A stretch of 64,000 nucleotides of DNA from assembly GCA_904063045.1 (NCBI GenBank), contig CAJFCJ010000014.1, positions 806,001 through 870,000 on the forward strand. The letters run 5' to 3'. Below are positions 15,215 through 27,618 of this stretch, piece after piece; the stretch's first letter is position 1; every line of letters starts with the position of its first letter. The notes under the pieces were generated by a model. The model made no database searches. It was not told the origin of the DNA and saw nothing but the letters and a program-made list of their open reading frames with translations. This DNA comes from Dimorphilus gyrociliatus. Taxonomy: Eukaryota; Animalia; Annelida. Position numbers and translations under genes: made by a program.

Positions 15215-15965
15215 ACTTTTCATTTTGTTTTGTCCATCATTCCCCTATGTATTATTTGACCCTCAGCGTTTAAAAAAGATATAGAATTCCTATTAAAATA
15301 GAAAAGTTTCCACTCCATTAGAGACGAAAAGGAAATTTATTATCTTTTGCTACTCCTATGTGGAAAAGATTGGTAATATTTACTGGCATATTTTTAAAGA
15401 ATATACAAACCAAAGCTAAAACGTTTATATAGTGTTTCAAAATAGATAAAAAATCCCTTTGAGAGCGTTTTATTCTCGTTTGCAGGCCTGGGAAACAGTA
15501 AAGATTAAGAATGGATGTAGGTAGGTGAAAAACGAAGATAGATAAACGAAGATGAGGAAACAAATGAAGTTTTTATGAATGTATATTTTATTATTTAAGT
15601 GCAAAACGCCTAAAGGAGTTATAAATCTATAGATTCGTAGAACATTATTTAAATAAGAGAATATATATTATAATGCCAAGAGCGCTTTTGCCTTTGCCGT
15701 AACCTTATATATATATATTGCAGGTTTACGAGCCGTAAGAAATTATTAAGACCTTTCTAGGTTAGCAGAACATGATAGAATTTGAAATAGAAGCATCTTC
15801 ATTTATACGAATTGGGGATACAAAGAATTTTTTGACGCCTATAGAATTGGCACTGTGATGTCTGAGCTTATAAAACACTTCCATTGGCACAGTAAATATT
15901 GTCCAAAAAAAACAAAATATATAACATCAGGTTGGCACGTAAAACATCATCATAAGCAGTATCAT

Positions 15966-18490
15966 CTAACAACTCGTTAAAGCGGGAAGTTGCGGTATGT
16001 TAGATGTAGATTCGTTGACCTTGGCTTGAGTTAAAAAAGTTCTGCCCTCGTTCTGATTTTCATTAATACTGTCTTTATCTTGTTCGTTCAAGTCTGGTTT
16101 TGGCCGGTTCTTACTATTATTAATCGAAGCGAATAAATAGCGTAAAACTTTCTCCTTTTGTTCCCAAGTTAGCTCACCAATGTCGACTCTATCCTCACTT
16201 TGCATTCTGTTTTAAATTAAAGAAAGTTTAAAGGGTGCTACTCGAATTAGACATCATACATATAAATAAAAGATAGGAGGGGGAGGGAGGGAGGTATTTG
16301 TTATATGTTTTGAATCGTGTAAAAGATAATAATTAATAGAGTATAAGCGTGAAAAGAGAGAGATATAGGATGATGGAATGGAGAGCATTATCTCTGTCTT
16401 TCAAATGACAATCATAAGCTTATTTCTAAACATGCATATAAAAATTAATAGAAAGATACATAAATTATATATGAAGAAGTGTGTAAGTATACATACAAAT
16501 TCTATAGTTAGAATATATATGGATTTTTTAGGCAAGTATATATATGTACTTTATATATACATCATTAACATATATAAGTATGTATACTTTATTCTAAGCG
16601 ATGATTTTCTATTGAATATTAATTATGTGCAGTGATCACAGCTGCTCAATTTTTTTTTGGAGGTGATGGGGGAAGATAAGATAAGATTTGATATTGTTTC
16701 TTTTCTTTTTCTTTTGACTACTACTAATACTACTATCATGCAACAAATTAGAATTTTGTTTATCATTCAATTTGTTAACTACTATATATAATATGCTTTT
16801 AGGATTTTTGTTTTTTTTTATGGTTGTATCATATAACATATCATACTTGTTTGTCAATTCCTCCATCTGTTTTCGCCTAGTTTGTTAATATACAGTATAT
16901 AATATATATATTATAAGAGATTTAGGTAAATTATATATATATACAATATATAATATTAGAAATTAATAATAAGTTGTTATAAGACACTAATTAAAAGAGA
17001 AAGCTATATGTAAAGAAGATGATAAGAATATCATCTTTTTAATTCTACTTACAATGCTTCAGCTGCTTCTAAATCTTTAAAAACGCTGTTTGTGCTGGTA
17101 TCTGACTTGTTAAATGTTCGAATTCTTGGATATTCTCCTTTACCTGCGTGAGCTATCAACATCCGTTGATTATAGGCCTCCTGAGCGTGTTTCCTATATT
17201 CCGCTCTGGAAAAAGAATTGATGATAAAAGAATTACTTAATTGAGTATAATACAGGCAGTTTCGTTTCTGTTCTCTTTTCTTACCTGTTAGATGATATTT
17301 CATTTTGAACTTGTTGCAGTGCGTCTAAAAAGAAACGCTCAATTTCAGTTCTCTCTTGTAATATATTTTTAGCTAATCGTTTGATTCTAGCGCATTCTTT
17401 TGTTTTCAGCTCTAGCGCCCGTTTTACTTTATCTAATTCGGTCATCGCTGATTGATTCTCCAACTTAGCTACATCGATAAGTCGACCAGCTTCATGATCA
17501 AACTCATTAACCACGTGACTTAGGGCTTTTTCCAGCGTTTCCACTTTATTGTTCAAATCAGTAAGTTCTTTTTTATTCTTTTTCTGTAGGGCTACCTTCT
17601 CTTCGATAATTAATCGATTCATTTGAACTTCATTCTGAAGTTCTGCATTCTCTTCCTTTAACTTTTCATTGCCTTTTTTCAAAACTTCTTCCGCTTCCAT
17701 ATGATAAGATAAGGCCTCATTTATTCGAACATTTTCCATGTATACAGATTTAGTTGTATCGTTTAAGTTAGCAATAGCCTCTGTGTGAGCTCTATTAGCT
17801 AATTCAGATATTTTTTGATTAGCTTCCTGTTGAAGTCTCATTTTTTCTTCAAAAAACCTTTGTTCCATTCTTGTCAAAGTGTCCTTGTGCTCTTTGTTGG
17901 CTAAGAACATCGCTTCCTTAATATCTTCTAATTCCTTTTGCATTTGTCCTCTTTTCCTACGGAATTCTTTAACGACTTTAAGTTCTGCTTGCATAACTTC
18001 CACTTCGTGGGTTTTAGAGGCAAGTTTTTGTTCCAATTCGTTGATTTGACCCTGAAGATCGTCTATTATACGCTCCTTTTCTTTTCTATGCTCTCTTTTC
18101 AGATCTCTTATATTTTGGGCAAGATCCTCTAATTTTTTATCCTTATCAATATCTTGTTTTTTCAAGTACTGTACAACGTCAATAGTATCCTTTTCTGTTT
18201 GAATCATTTGAACAGCCAGGCGTTCATTTTCTTTAACAAGCTCATGAGCTCTTTGTACAAATTGATCCTTTGAATTTTCAGCAATTTCAACTCTAGCTTG
18301 CCATAATTTTGAATTGGCATTAGCCATTGACTTGACTTCGGCATTTTTTGCCTTTTTACGTTCATCCTTCTTACCCTTCTTCCCCTTTTTACCACTATAG
18401 ATATATACGTACACAATGATTAATGAGTCTCGTCTTTCTTATGTAATAGACTACTTACCCCTTCTTCCCCTTCTTTCCTTTTTTAGGCAT
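15966..18490 (-). CDS. BBOF1: Basal body-orientation factor 1 (CCDC176)
   Basis: MPKKGKKGKKG... N-terminus, DUF4515-type coiled coil (IDVVQYLKKQD, RFFEEKMRL, ERTEIERFFLDAL) and C-terminal VDIGELTWEQKEKVLRYLF. Exons 18459-18490, 17285-18394, about 17053-17206 and 15966-16206. Confidence 0.92.
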
Positions 18491-18582
18491 GTTAATAAAT
18501 AATTTGGCACAGCATAAATACAAAAAAAGAAAGAACTTCTAAACAATTAAAACTACAGTATTTTCAACACACCATCTTGCTT

Positions 18583-18605
18583 GTTGCTATCGTCACCATG
18601 ACATC
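18583..18605. promoter_or_regulatory. X-box (RFX)-like element in the BBOF1/stum divergent region
   Basis: GTTGCTATCGTCACCATGACATC; GTCACCATGACATC is one mismatch from GTHNYYATRRNAAC. About 100 bp upstream of the ATG of a ciliary gene. Confidence 0.3.
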
Positions 18606-19714
18606 AAACATAGGTGGCGTTGCAAAAACTGTTCAAAACACAATTATATTCTAGACGAATATAATAATCTATAGACTGGATAAGTGGTTCATGACTAAAA
18701 ATTAAATTGAAAATATAATGAGTAATGGATAACCAGTCGAAAAAATAAAATCTTAGTAATAATAAACTTATTTGAATGTAAAGTTACAGTAGTATTAATG
18801 AATTAAACTTGAAAAACACAAAAAATAGGCAACAAGATGAGAACATAGCATGTAACATTTTGTATTTGACTATAAAAGTAAATACAGACATTAATCGAAC
18901 AAATAATTTACTAGACAGACGGCTAAGCACGTAGTTATATAGATACGATTCCCTCTCTCTCTCTCTCTCTCTTTCTTTTAAAGAATACAAAGAAAAGAGA
19001 GAAAAGATAATAAAATTTGTGTTAATAAAAATAAAACTTTAATTGAAAATCTTGTAATGATTCAACCTTAATTTAAACACTAAACTATTGCCTTGTTGTA
19101 CAGATTCTATTAATCGATACTATTCGTTATTTTTATCGGTTGGATGGTTTGTAAATTGTGTTTGTATTACATTCCCATTAATTTATATAATATATATCCA
19201 GTATATATAATCGACTATTTGACAGATAAATAACTTTAGCCTTTTAATAATATTGAATAAGTTATTAATATATTATATAAATGTAAACGTGTACCATATG
19301 TTAGTATGCAGTATATATAATAAGGAGAGCAGCATTGAATAGGCTCTTGATATTGAAATAACTCGAATAAAGTTGTTAAGTAGAAGATAAAAAAGGATAA
19401 CGGATGAATACGACGATTAGTGGATAAAAAAATGAAAGAAACCTCTAATTATGAATAGGAAAATGACTACTTTAATAAAAGGAAATGTGCAAATAAGTAC
19501 TTCGATAGTTTCTCAATATCAGTTCGATAATAATCGATAGACGGCTTTTTTTTAATCGAGGAAGTAAAATTAAGCTCTATCGATCTAGGATTGAATGGAA
19601 AAGTCTCAGTCTGGCTTTTAATGCCGAACCGTTTGAGTTATCATTTTATTGCTATTTGTTTAGTATAAAGGTAGGAAAAGAGTAATTTTCTTCCACTTGA
19701 TTGAAAATTTCGGA

Positions 19715-20635
19715 ATGGCCGCTCCTAAGGATACTGTCTCCTTAATATCAGAATCGAACACTCCTAATGGAAATGGGTCGGTTGGTGCTCGACGTCCGAG
19801 TTTATGGCCATCGGCCGGAAAGGCTCTGGAATTGGCTCCCCACGAGAAACGGAAGCCAAGTATAGCGAGGAAGGAATCCCTTATCATTCCTGGGAAGATC
19901 GAAGACAGGCCTTCCAATGGACGGGATAGTCCGAATAGGAGACCGTCAATAAGTTCAAGGAGAGAAAGTAATAGATCGAATGATTCCAGAGTTAGTGCGA
20001 TTGATTTCTCAAAGTTGGAAACCACAGGCCACAAGAAAGATGACGAAGAAAAAGGAAAAACCATTACGAATACTGATTCCTATATTAGAACAGCAATACC
20101 CTATCTACCTCAATCGCTAGCCATTCTTTGCTTAATACTCAACATTCTTCTACCAGGTTCAGGTAGCAAAAATCTAGGACATTTTTGTAATTTTTTTATT
20201 GAATAAATATGGTAAAATTTATTACAGGGACAATTCTTAGCGGATTATGTTTGTTTTGTTGCGGAAAATCAAGATTGGCCAGCAAAGACAATGATATTAT
20301 GACTGTATTATGCGTTAACATATGTATTGGAATATCACAACTTTTCACCGTTACTTTTCTTCTAGTTGGCTGGTTTTGGAGTTTAACCTGGGGAATTTAT
20401 ATGGTTATTTTGGCTGGTAAGTTTAATTATTTCACCTCCAAAGAAGCGGAAGTAATGTTTAAAGAATAAATTGAATTGCATATTAACCCTTTCATTATTT
20501 TACATGTATAAACATTTTTAAACGTTCTCAGTTGAATATCGTCAAGAACAGCAGGCTAAACGAGAGAAACAGCTACAAGCTATGGCTTTAACAGCTTTTG
20601 GTTCACCAATTAGACCATGGTCGTTAAGAACGTAA
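19715..20635 (+). CDS. STUM: stum/SPEC3-family membrane protein
   Basis: AIPYLPQSLAILCLILNILLPGSG|TILSG..., SQLFTVTFLLVGWFWSLTWGIYMV is the Spec3 domain signature. Three exons; the last (20532-20635) ends ...PIRPWSLRT*. The start codon is uncertain. Confidence 0.85.
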
Positions 20636-20987
20636 TAAACATAAAATAAATGATACAATTTTTGAATTATTACTTAATAAAGAACACTTGAAAACGACAT
20701 AACTGAAAGATTATTGGCTTGAATGTATTCATTCTTAATAGAGTTGAAAAAGTTGAATTGATTAAGAAACACTGATTTTATCATTTTCTTAAGCTCTTTT
20801 CTAACATCTTCATTAAATTAAAGGTTCAAAATAATCGATCTAACTCTGCTTTGTAAATAATAATTACAATGGCTTTTTCCGTAAAAGATCAATTAATACA
20901 GTATACTTTTGAGATCAATATAATAGATTGCATAACCTGGTAAAAATTATCAATTCTCTAGACGGAAAACCTCGATTTCTCTTTCTT

Positions 20988-21035
<48 letters not shown>

Positions 21036-21983
21036 CGTATCTGTTCTTTTTCTCTTAAATTAATGAATGAAATAGTAGCTCTTTCTAAAATTAACCTTTC
21101 GCTATCTTCAAAGATATCTTAATTATCCCATGGACATAAGATATTTATTTAAAATTTCCTGGAACACAAATAGTTTCATAGCTTACGTTCCGTTAATTCT
21201 CGTATCTGGAAATTTGATAAATATAAATAACCTGGATAAGAAGATAAATCAAGATTCTAATCGAATCTTCATCCCTATTTTGCCGCTTTCTCTCGTTTTA
21301 TGTTAAAACCTTATACTCTCTCTCTCTCTCTCTCTCGTTGCCAGTTTTTCTTTTTAATTTTCCTCTCTACATCTCTATAATACCCCAAACCAGCTAGGCT
21401 TATTTTAGAATTACTTGAATGTTTTTTATACCAGCTCTAAGGTCGACTTAGTTTTGCTTCCACCATCGGTTAGACACGTGCGAATCTACTCAAAAAAAAG
21501 TCGAGTACTTGATGCGTTTAGTTTGTAATTTCGATTGATGGACAAAGAGCAAACACTTCATTATTAGTTTTTATTTCAATAAAAATTAATAACGTAAAAG
21601 TTAGTGAGAAGCCTAGTAAAGTATTTTTCCTGTTTTTCTTATTAAATGACTAAAAATAAATATTGTTTATGAAAAATATGAATAAAAGTCACACATTTAC
21701 TTAGAGCTTCTATGAATAATTCGACGCTTTTCATCTTTTTTTTATATTTAGATCATACAAATTCCCTCTATTTTTTCCTTCTCTCTCTCTTTCTCTCGCT
21801 TTCTCTCCGACTAGATATCTCCTTTTTCTTATTTGCTTTCCAGTGCAACGTGTAGTGGAGGCCTACTTGGTTATTCCAGACGAATCACGTGGCCTGGATA
21901 CGTAGTAGAAAATAAAGCAATCAGTTTTTTCACTTTGTATGCTTGGATTTGTTAAAAGTTTTCCTTATCTGTTATTACGCAAT

Positions 21984-23187
21984 ATGACGTTAAATCTTAA
22001 GTACAGTAAGTAAGAATTTCACTTGTGTAGTGTTTTCTTTTCAATCTCATTCACATTATGCTTTTCTTTATTTTTTTTCCTTTTATTTCTTTTGTAAACA
22101 TGAGGAAAATTCAAAGTTATTCCTTCTCTTTATACATAATATAGAATTATCAAAGTTCGACGATACGAGTACGGATGAGACGAGATTTTTAATATCATCA
22201 TCAAATTCAACAAATATGAAAGCTTTTGAATTAGCTTGGCCAGTTTTAATAATCTTTTCGTTATTTCTACTCTTTGGATTATTAGGAAATCTACTTGCAA
22301 TTTATGTTATTTGTAGTCGGAGAAATCTAAGGACAATGACAAACTTTCTTTTATTAAATTTGGCTGTTGCCGATGTTCTTTTCCTACTAATTGGTGGAAC
22401 TTTTACTATTATCAACTATTTATATAAGGAATGGCCTCTTGGAAACGCTGGCTGTCGTTTAACCCACTTCCTAATGTATACAACCTGCTATGTGAGCGTT
22501 TATACTTTGGTTATTGTTACTTCCGTTAGGTATTCGATAGTTGTCAACGGTTCTCCACTAAAATGCACACAAACCCACTGTAGAGTAGCGGCCTTGATAA
22601 TTTCCCTCTGGATCTTTTTCGTTCTGGCCAAATTTCCTGTTTTATTAATTCATAACATGAGGAGACAGAACATCACTGGTCGCATAGAATGCATAATAGA
22701 CCGTCCAACAGAAGCTGGAAGGCGTTTCTTTACAACATTTTTTATATTCAGCTACGTTCTCCCACTATCGATTATTGCCACATTGAACATCCTTATCGTT
22801 CGATTTCTTCGAATACAAAAGAGAAATTTAACCTATGTAGGTCATGTTCAAGAGAAAACACGTCACGTCACGAAAATTGTCTTTATAGTGGTAGTAATAT
22901 TTGCACTAGCATGGTTACCTTTACACGTTCATCTATTAATCACTTATTGGCGTAATGGAAATCTACCAAAAGTTAAATATTATAGGATAATGTTGGTAGT
23001 TTTCCATTGTTTTTGTTTCTTATCATCCGTTCTAAATCCTATTATTTATAATTGTTGTAGTAAAGAATTTAGAACGGCTTTTAAAGAAGTTGTTTGCCCA
23101 TTTAGAAGAGGATCAAACCATTCACTAATCCAGAACAGTCTACGTTTAACTAAAATGGCTCATAATAAACAGTTAATTTCTGTTTAA
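21984..23187 (+). CDS. Class A GPCR, allatostatin-A/galanin receptor-like (paralog 2)
   Basis: Short exon 21984-22005 (MTLNLKY, GTAAGT donor) joins in frame to exon 22145-23187. 7TM with long blocks identical to paralog 1 (TNFLLLNLA, RLTHFLM, CYVSVYTLV, VRYSIVVNG, WLPLH, NPIIYN). Confidence 0.88.
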
Positions 23188-24434
23188 ACTATAATACTAG
23201 TAGTGTATACTTGTAAGTAAAGTAAATATTTTTAACGTAACGTTCATTGTTTATAACGTTGTAAAGTTTTGCTTTTACATAAATAATCTGTATAGAGAAC
23301 GAGAAGAAGAGGAAATAAAAATGATTTTCTATCTGTATATTGATTAAAGGAGAGAGAGAGAAGGAAGAGAGAGAAAGGGGGAGAGACGTTAGATTATAAT
23401 AATTATTGGTTTCTTATAAAAATTTTATAAATAAATCTATAAAAGCAGATTCGCCTATTCAATATCCTTTTCCTTTCCTATTCTCCTGTCTTTTTTCTCT
23501 CCGTTTTGTAATAAATAAAGTTATCTTCCATCTATCTTCATATATATATACAGTATATACAGTATATTATATCTAATACGAAGCGGGGCTTGTCTACTCT
23601 TATTGTATTTAATTGAAGTGAAAATGAGTCAAGAGAATCCATGTTATTTATACAAATAGCAAAGTAGGTCTATGGCCAAAACATTAAAAACCCGGTAACC
23701 TTCTATTTTCAATTGAAACTGGAAAGGGAAAAAGATTAAATTAAAGTGTATGTGTAGTTAAACCCAAAAATTTCCTTTCTAAGAATTAATTAGAAGCTTA
23801 CTCAAAACCCTTTCAATATGGAATGAGGATAATATGAACGACAACAATATAATCATTATAAGACAATTATTCCATCATTGTTATTATTGTTATTTTTCTA
23901 TTCTTTCTTGTACCTTTTATGTTCTCTATTATTGTGGTTTTAATTATCTAAACATTTAGATAGGCTTTATAAATAGAAATATATATTTTTCTACTTTCTC
24001 TCTCTCTCTCTCTCTCTCTCTTCATTTGCAGAGAAAATTCTACATCAATGTTTAGAATAGCGTAACTATCTTCTTAGATAATATTTTAGTAACTTTATCT
24101 TTTTTGCTATCTCATTGCCATCGTCAAGTTAAATAATAAATGATACTAGGTAAGGAAAGTAGTGGATGAAGAAGTAAAACAAGCCCTTCTTCAATTTATC
24201 TCCGATATCATTATCATTAACTTAAAAGTACTGTTTAAGTGGAATTATAATAAATAATTGGAAAAAGAAGAGAATTTGTATTGAATATAGATATTTCATC
24301 ATTCATAGAGAGAGAAAGAAAATTCCATTATTCGGAGAATAAATATAAAAAAGAATAAAAAATTATTCCTATAAAAGAGAATTCAATAGTTTCAATACGT
24401 CATGACTAAACAATAAATAATGATAGAGAGAATG

Positions 24435-24467
<33 letters not shown>

Positions 24468-25545
24468 AAATGAAAAAAATTGTATTAAAACATGGTCAAT
24501 AAACCTATACAAAGAATGGAGTTTTACTGATTTTTTTCTCTTTTATTATCTATCATCAATTTTAAAAAAGCATTTTTTCCCTTTTTCAGCCTATATTAAA
24601 TTCGATGAAATACTATAATTGGTCTCGTTAATTTATGGTCGTATATATACATACAGTATATATACAAATTATTTACAGATACTATAGAAATATATATATG
24701 TTTAGATTAGACAGAAGCAAATTGATATGGAATGTAAATATGGTATACGTACCATAAAAAATATAAAAGAAGTAGAAATAAACAATTAGAAAACTCCATT
24801 CGGGATGAAAGAAATTCAGATATATATTAACAAATGAGGCAGAAAATGGATAGAATTGATAAAGTGATAGTCGAGCGAAAGTTACAAATTTTTTAAGTCT
24901 ACAATAGGACTGAAGAAAGACTGAATAAGATACCGCCATCGCCACTTTCACTTACTGCTGGGTCAATGATCTCTATCTTCTATTCATCGTTAAATAATCC
25001 CAGTAAAATTAATTAAAAATTCTCTCTTAGCGGTTAATAAGGATAATTGTAATGGAGCCAATAATGGTAATCTTATAGGTATTCCTTTAGAAAAACTTGA
25101 CAGTATTGAAATATTTATAGAGTATTGAAAATAAAAGTGGAAAAGGTACGAATAATATGACAAATATCAAATATTTAGGTAAATCTCTTCAATAAATGGC
25201 CAAATTCATTTCGGTGTTGGTAAGAAAAAAATCTTCTTACAAATCTCCAGCCAAGAAATAGCCAACTTCCTAAAGCCTTATAGCGTCTATTTTACATCGC
25301 CAAAGGGAAATTTACATACTAGTTTTTTAACGAACTTACCACAGGAATAGCCGAAAAAGTCAAGTTGAGTTAACTAAAGAAATATCCCAAATGCGAAAGC
25401 TACCCTGGATAGGGTTAAATTAGTTGTCTAAAAGGGAATAAGAAGCTAATTACACCTGAAGATAAAGAATTATTGTCCAAAGGATTTTGGGTTTTTTTCT
25501 TTTAAGAACTTTAATAGAAAACTTATCAAAAAAAACAAAAATAAT

Positions 25546-25590
<45 letters not shown>

Positions 25591-25595
25591 GAGAC
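25546..25595. repeat. (GA)n microsatellite
   Basis: GA run interrupted by GACA. Confidence 0.9.
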
Positions 25596-25889
25596 AAAGA
25601 ATACTTTTAAAGAACAAATAATAAGAGAAACAAAATGAAAAATAAACATAGTTATAATAGAAAAAAATATTTATTATTATGCTTTTTTTTTCGCCTTTTA
25701 ATACTATTTGCTACATTCCAATAGCTTAAATAACAGAAAAAAACAACAATTTTTTTTAACTGTAGCAGTTAAGTATGTTAATTTTCAGTCTAGAATTAAA
25801 AAAAAAAAAAAAAAAAAAACTGAGACTTTTGAGAATTTTTTTCAATATATACTAAACCAACTGTAGCAAAGAATTTTAATTATTCGTTA

Positions 25890-27100
25890 TCAGAGGAGAA
25901 TACTACTCTTTGGCGCTTTAAGCGAAGTGGGTGTGTCGTTTAATTTACGCATTACGACCTAAGAACAAAAATGATTAAAAGATAAATTTTTAATTCTTAA
26001 ACGATTGATTACGCAATAATTCACTTTACTTACGTTACACATTTCTCTAACGAGCGCCTTCTCCTTTTCATCTAATTCGTCGTCGGATTGGTTAAATAAT
26101 GGAGTTGTAGACCTACTACTAGTTGTTTTTACGTTTGGTTTTGACATTTGCTGATGAAGTTCCATTACTTTAACAGCATTCGTTATCGCCTTGGGCTTTT
26201 CCGGGGGTTTAAGACAATCGTTTTCTTTCTAAAGAAATGTAATTAATCAATCAAATGTATTAAATTAATTAAACAGAACTGAATTATTTACCTCGTAATA
26301 TGAAGATGCCGGTGATAATTCGCTACGAATTGGTAATGGAAAATATCTTTTTGCTCTATCGGCGAAATCAGCATTATATTCTGGAGGTTTTTCTGGTCTT
26401 ATTGAACCACAATTGTTATGCTTTGAATTCTCTAATTTATCTATATATTCTTCTAATTGCTTTATATATTTAAATGCTTGCTCTAAAAATAAAAAAAGCC
26501 AATGAATAATAGTTGTCTTTTTGTCATAAATGATATCAAATGAATACCGTAAACTACGTTCATACTCGAACCGGATGTGTGGCTATCTTGTCCGTTTTCG
26601 TCCGTAGCTTTTTCTTCCTTTTCGGAATTACTACTTCCATCAGCCGAACCACGTTGATCTAATCTCTCTTGGTCTAAATAAACGCATAGCTCTTTCAAGT
26701 CAGTATTCTCTTTGGCCAAACTATTTTGTCGACCCTCTAATTCGCTTAATTTCTGCTGATAATTCAACATTTCACCCTTCATTTTGTCGGATGTAAATTT
26801 GAGCATTTGCCACTCTTTGACAAAGTTTTTCTCGTTCATTTGTTCTTCGTACAAGGAACAACAATCGTCTCTCAGTTCCTGGTTCTCTTTTTGTAATTGA
26901 AAATTCACCTCTTTTAAATGTCGAAGTTCTAAAAGGTTATGCTGAAGTTTACTGTTAAAGTCCTTCATCATTTCGTTACGGCGATTGAGTTCTGTCAATC
27001 TATCCTCTTCACAGTCTTTTAGCATACGAATTAACTTAGTTGGACCTAGACGAGTCAATTCTTCATCGCTAGCTCGAAGAATGTACGATGACGTTGACAT
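25890..27100 (-). CDS. CCDC85: Coiled-coil domain-containing protein 85 (DIPA family)
   Basis: SDEELTR...LQHNLLELRHLKEVNFQLQKENQELRDDCC...KLSELEGRQNSLAKENTDLKELCVYLDQER and C-terminal EKALVREMCN|VVMRKL match CCDC85A/B/C conserved blocks. Confidence 0.88.
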
Positions 27101-27618
27101 CTCCTCATTTAGTGCCACAGGTGTTGTTTTCGATGAAAAGTCTGACTTTTTCTTAAAACTGGTTTTTAAGAATTCGGAATGAAAAAAATACGCACTCAAA
27201 TTACTTTAAGAGTGAACCCGTACTCCATTCAATTTTGAATAATTATCGAATAGGTCTAAAAAACCGCTTTTATTTGCAGATACTGTGCCTTTTCAAGTAG
27301 CGGAAGTAAACAACTTTCTTTCCTCAACAACTGAAAATCGTATATCGGTTTTTAAAAAAAACTGGGTGCAAAGGTCGATGAATATTTTACCTTTTCTCTC
27401 GTTTGTTAATATGTTCACGTAAGAGAAGATTACAAAGTAATCCCGACCAGATTTTAAGTAAACTGAGAGGTGAATGGTGGAACGCTTTCATAAATGCATG
27501 TACAGACCCGTATTTTTCGTATTTTTAGATATTTGACGTACTTTGGACTCTATTTATTCAAAGTGAAAACAACCAAAGTTATTATTTTAAGTATGTTTAC
27601 AGACTATTGAGCAAAAAG

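Noticed and set aside
16636-16866. 76-aa minus ORF in BBOF1 intron 3 preceded by an AG
   Set aside because: Low-complexity AT-rich sequence; inclusion in the required phase 2 gives an immediate stop.
19660-20064. 134-aa ORF antisense to stum
   Set aside because: Fully explained as the reverse complement of the stum exon.
23462-23471. ATATCCTTTT resembling a U12-type 5' splice site (also GTATCCTTTT at 18186)
   Set aside because: Not at any exon boundary of an assembled gene; expected by chance in AT-rich DNA.
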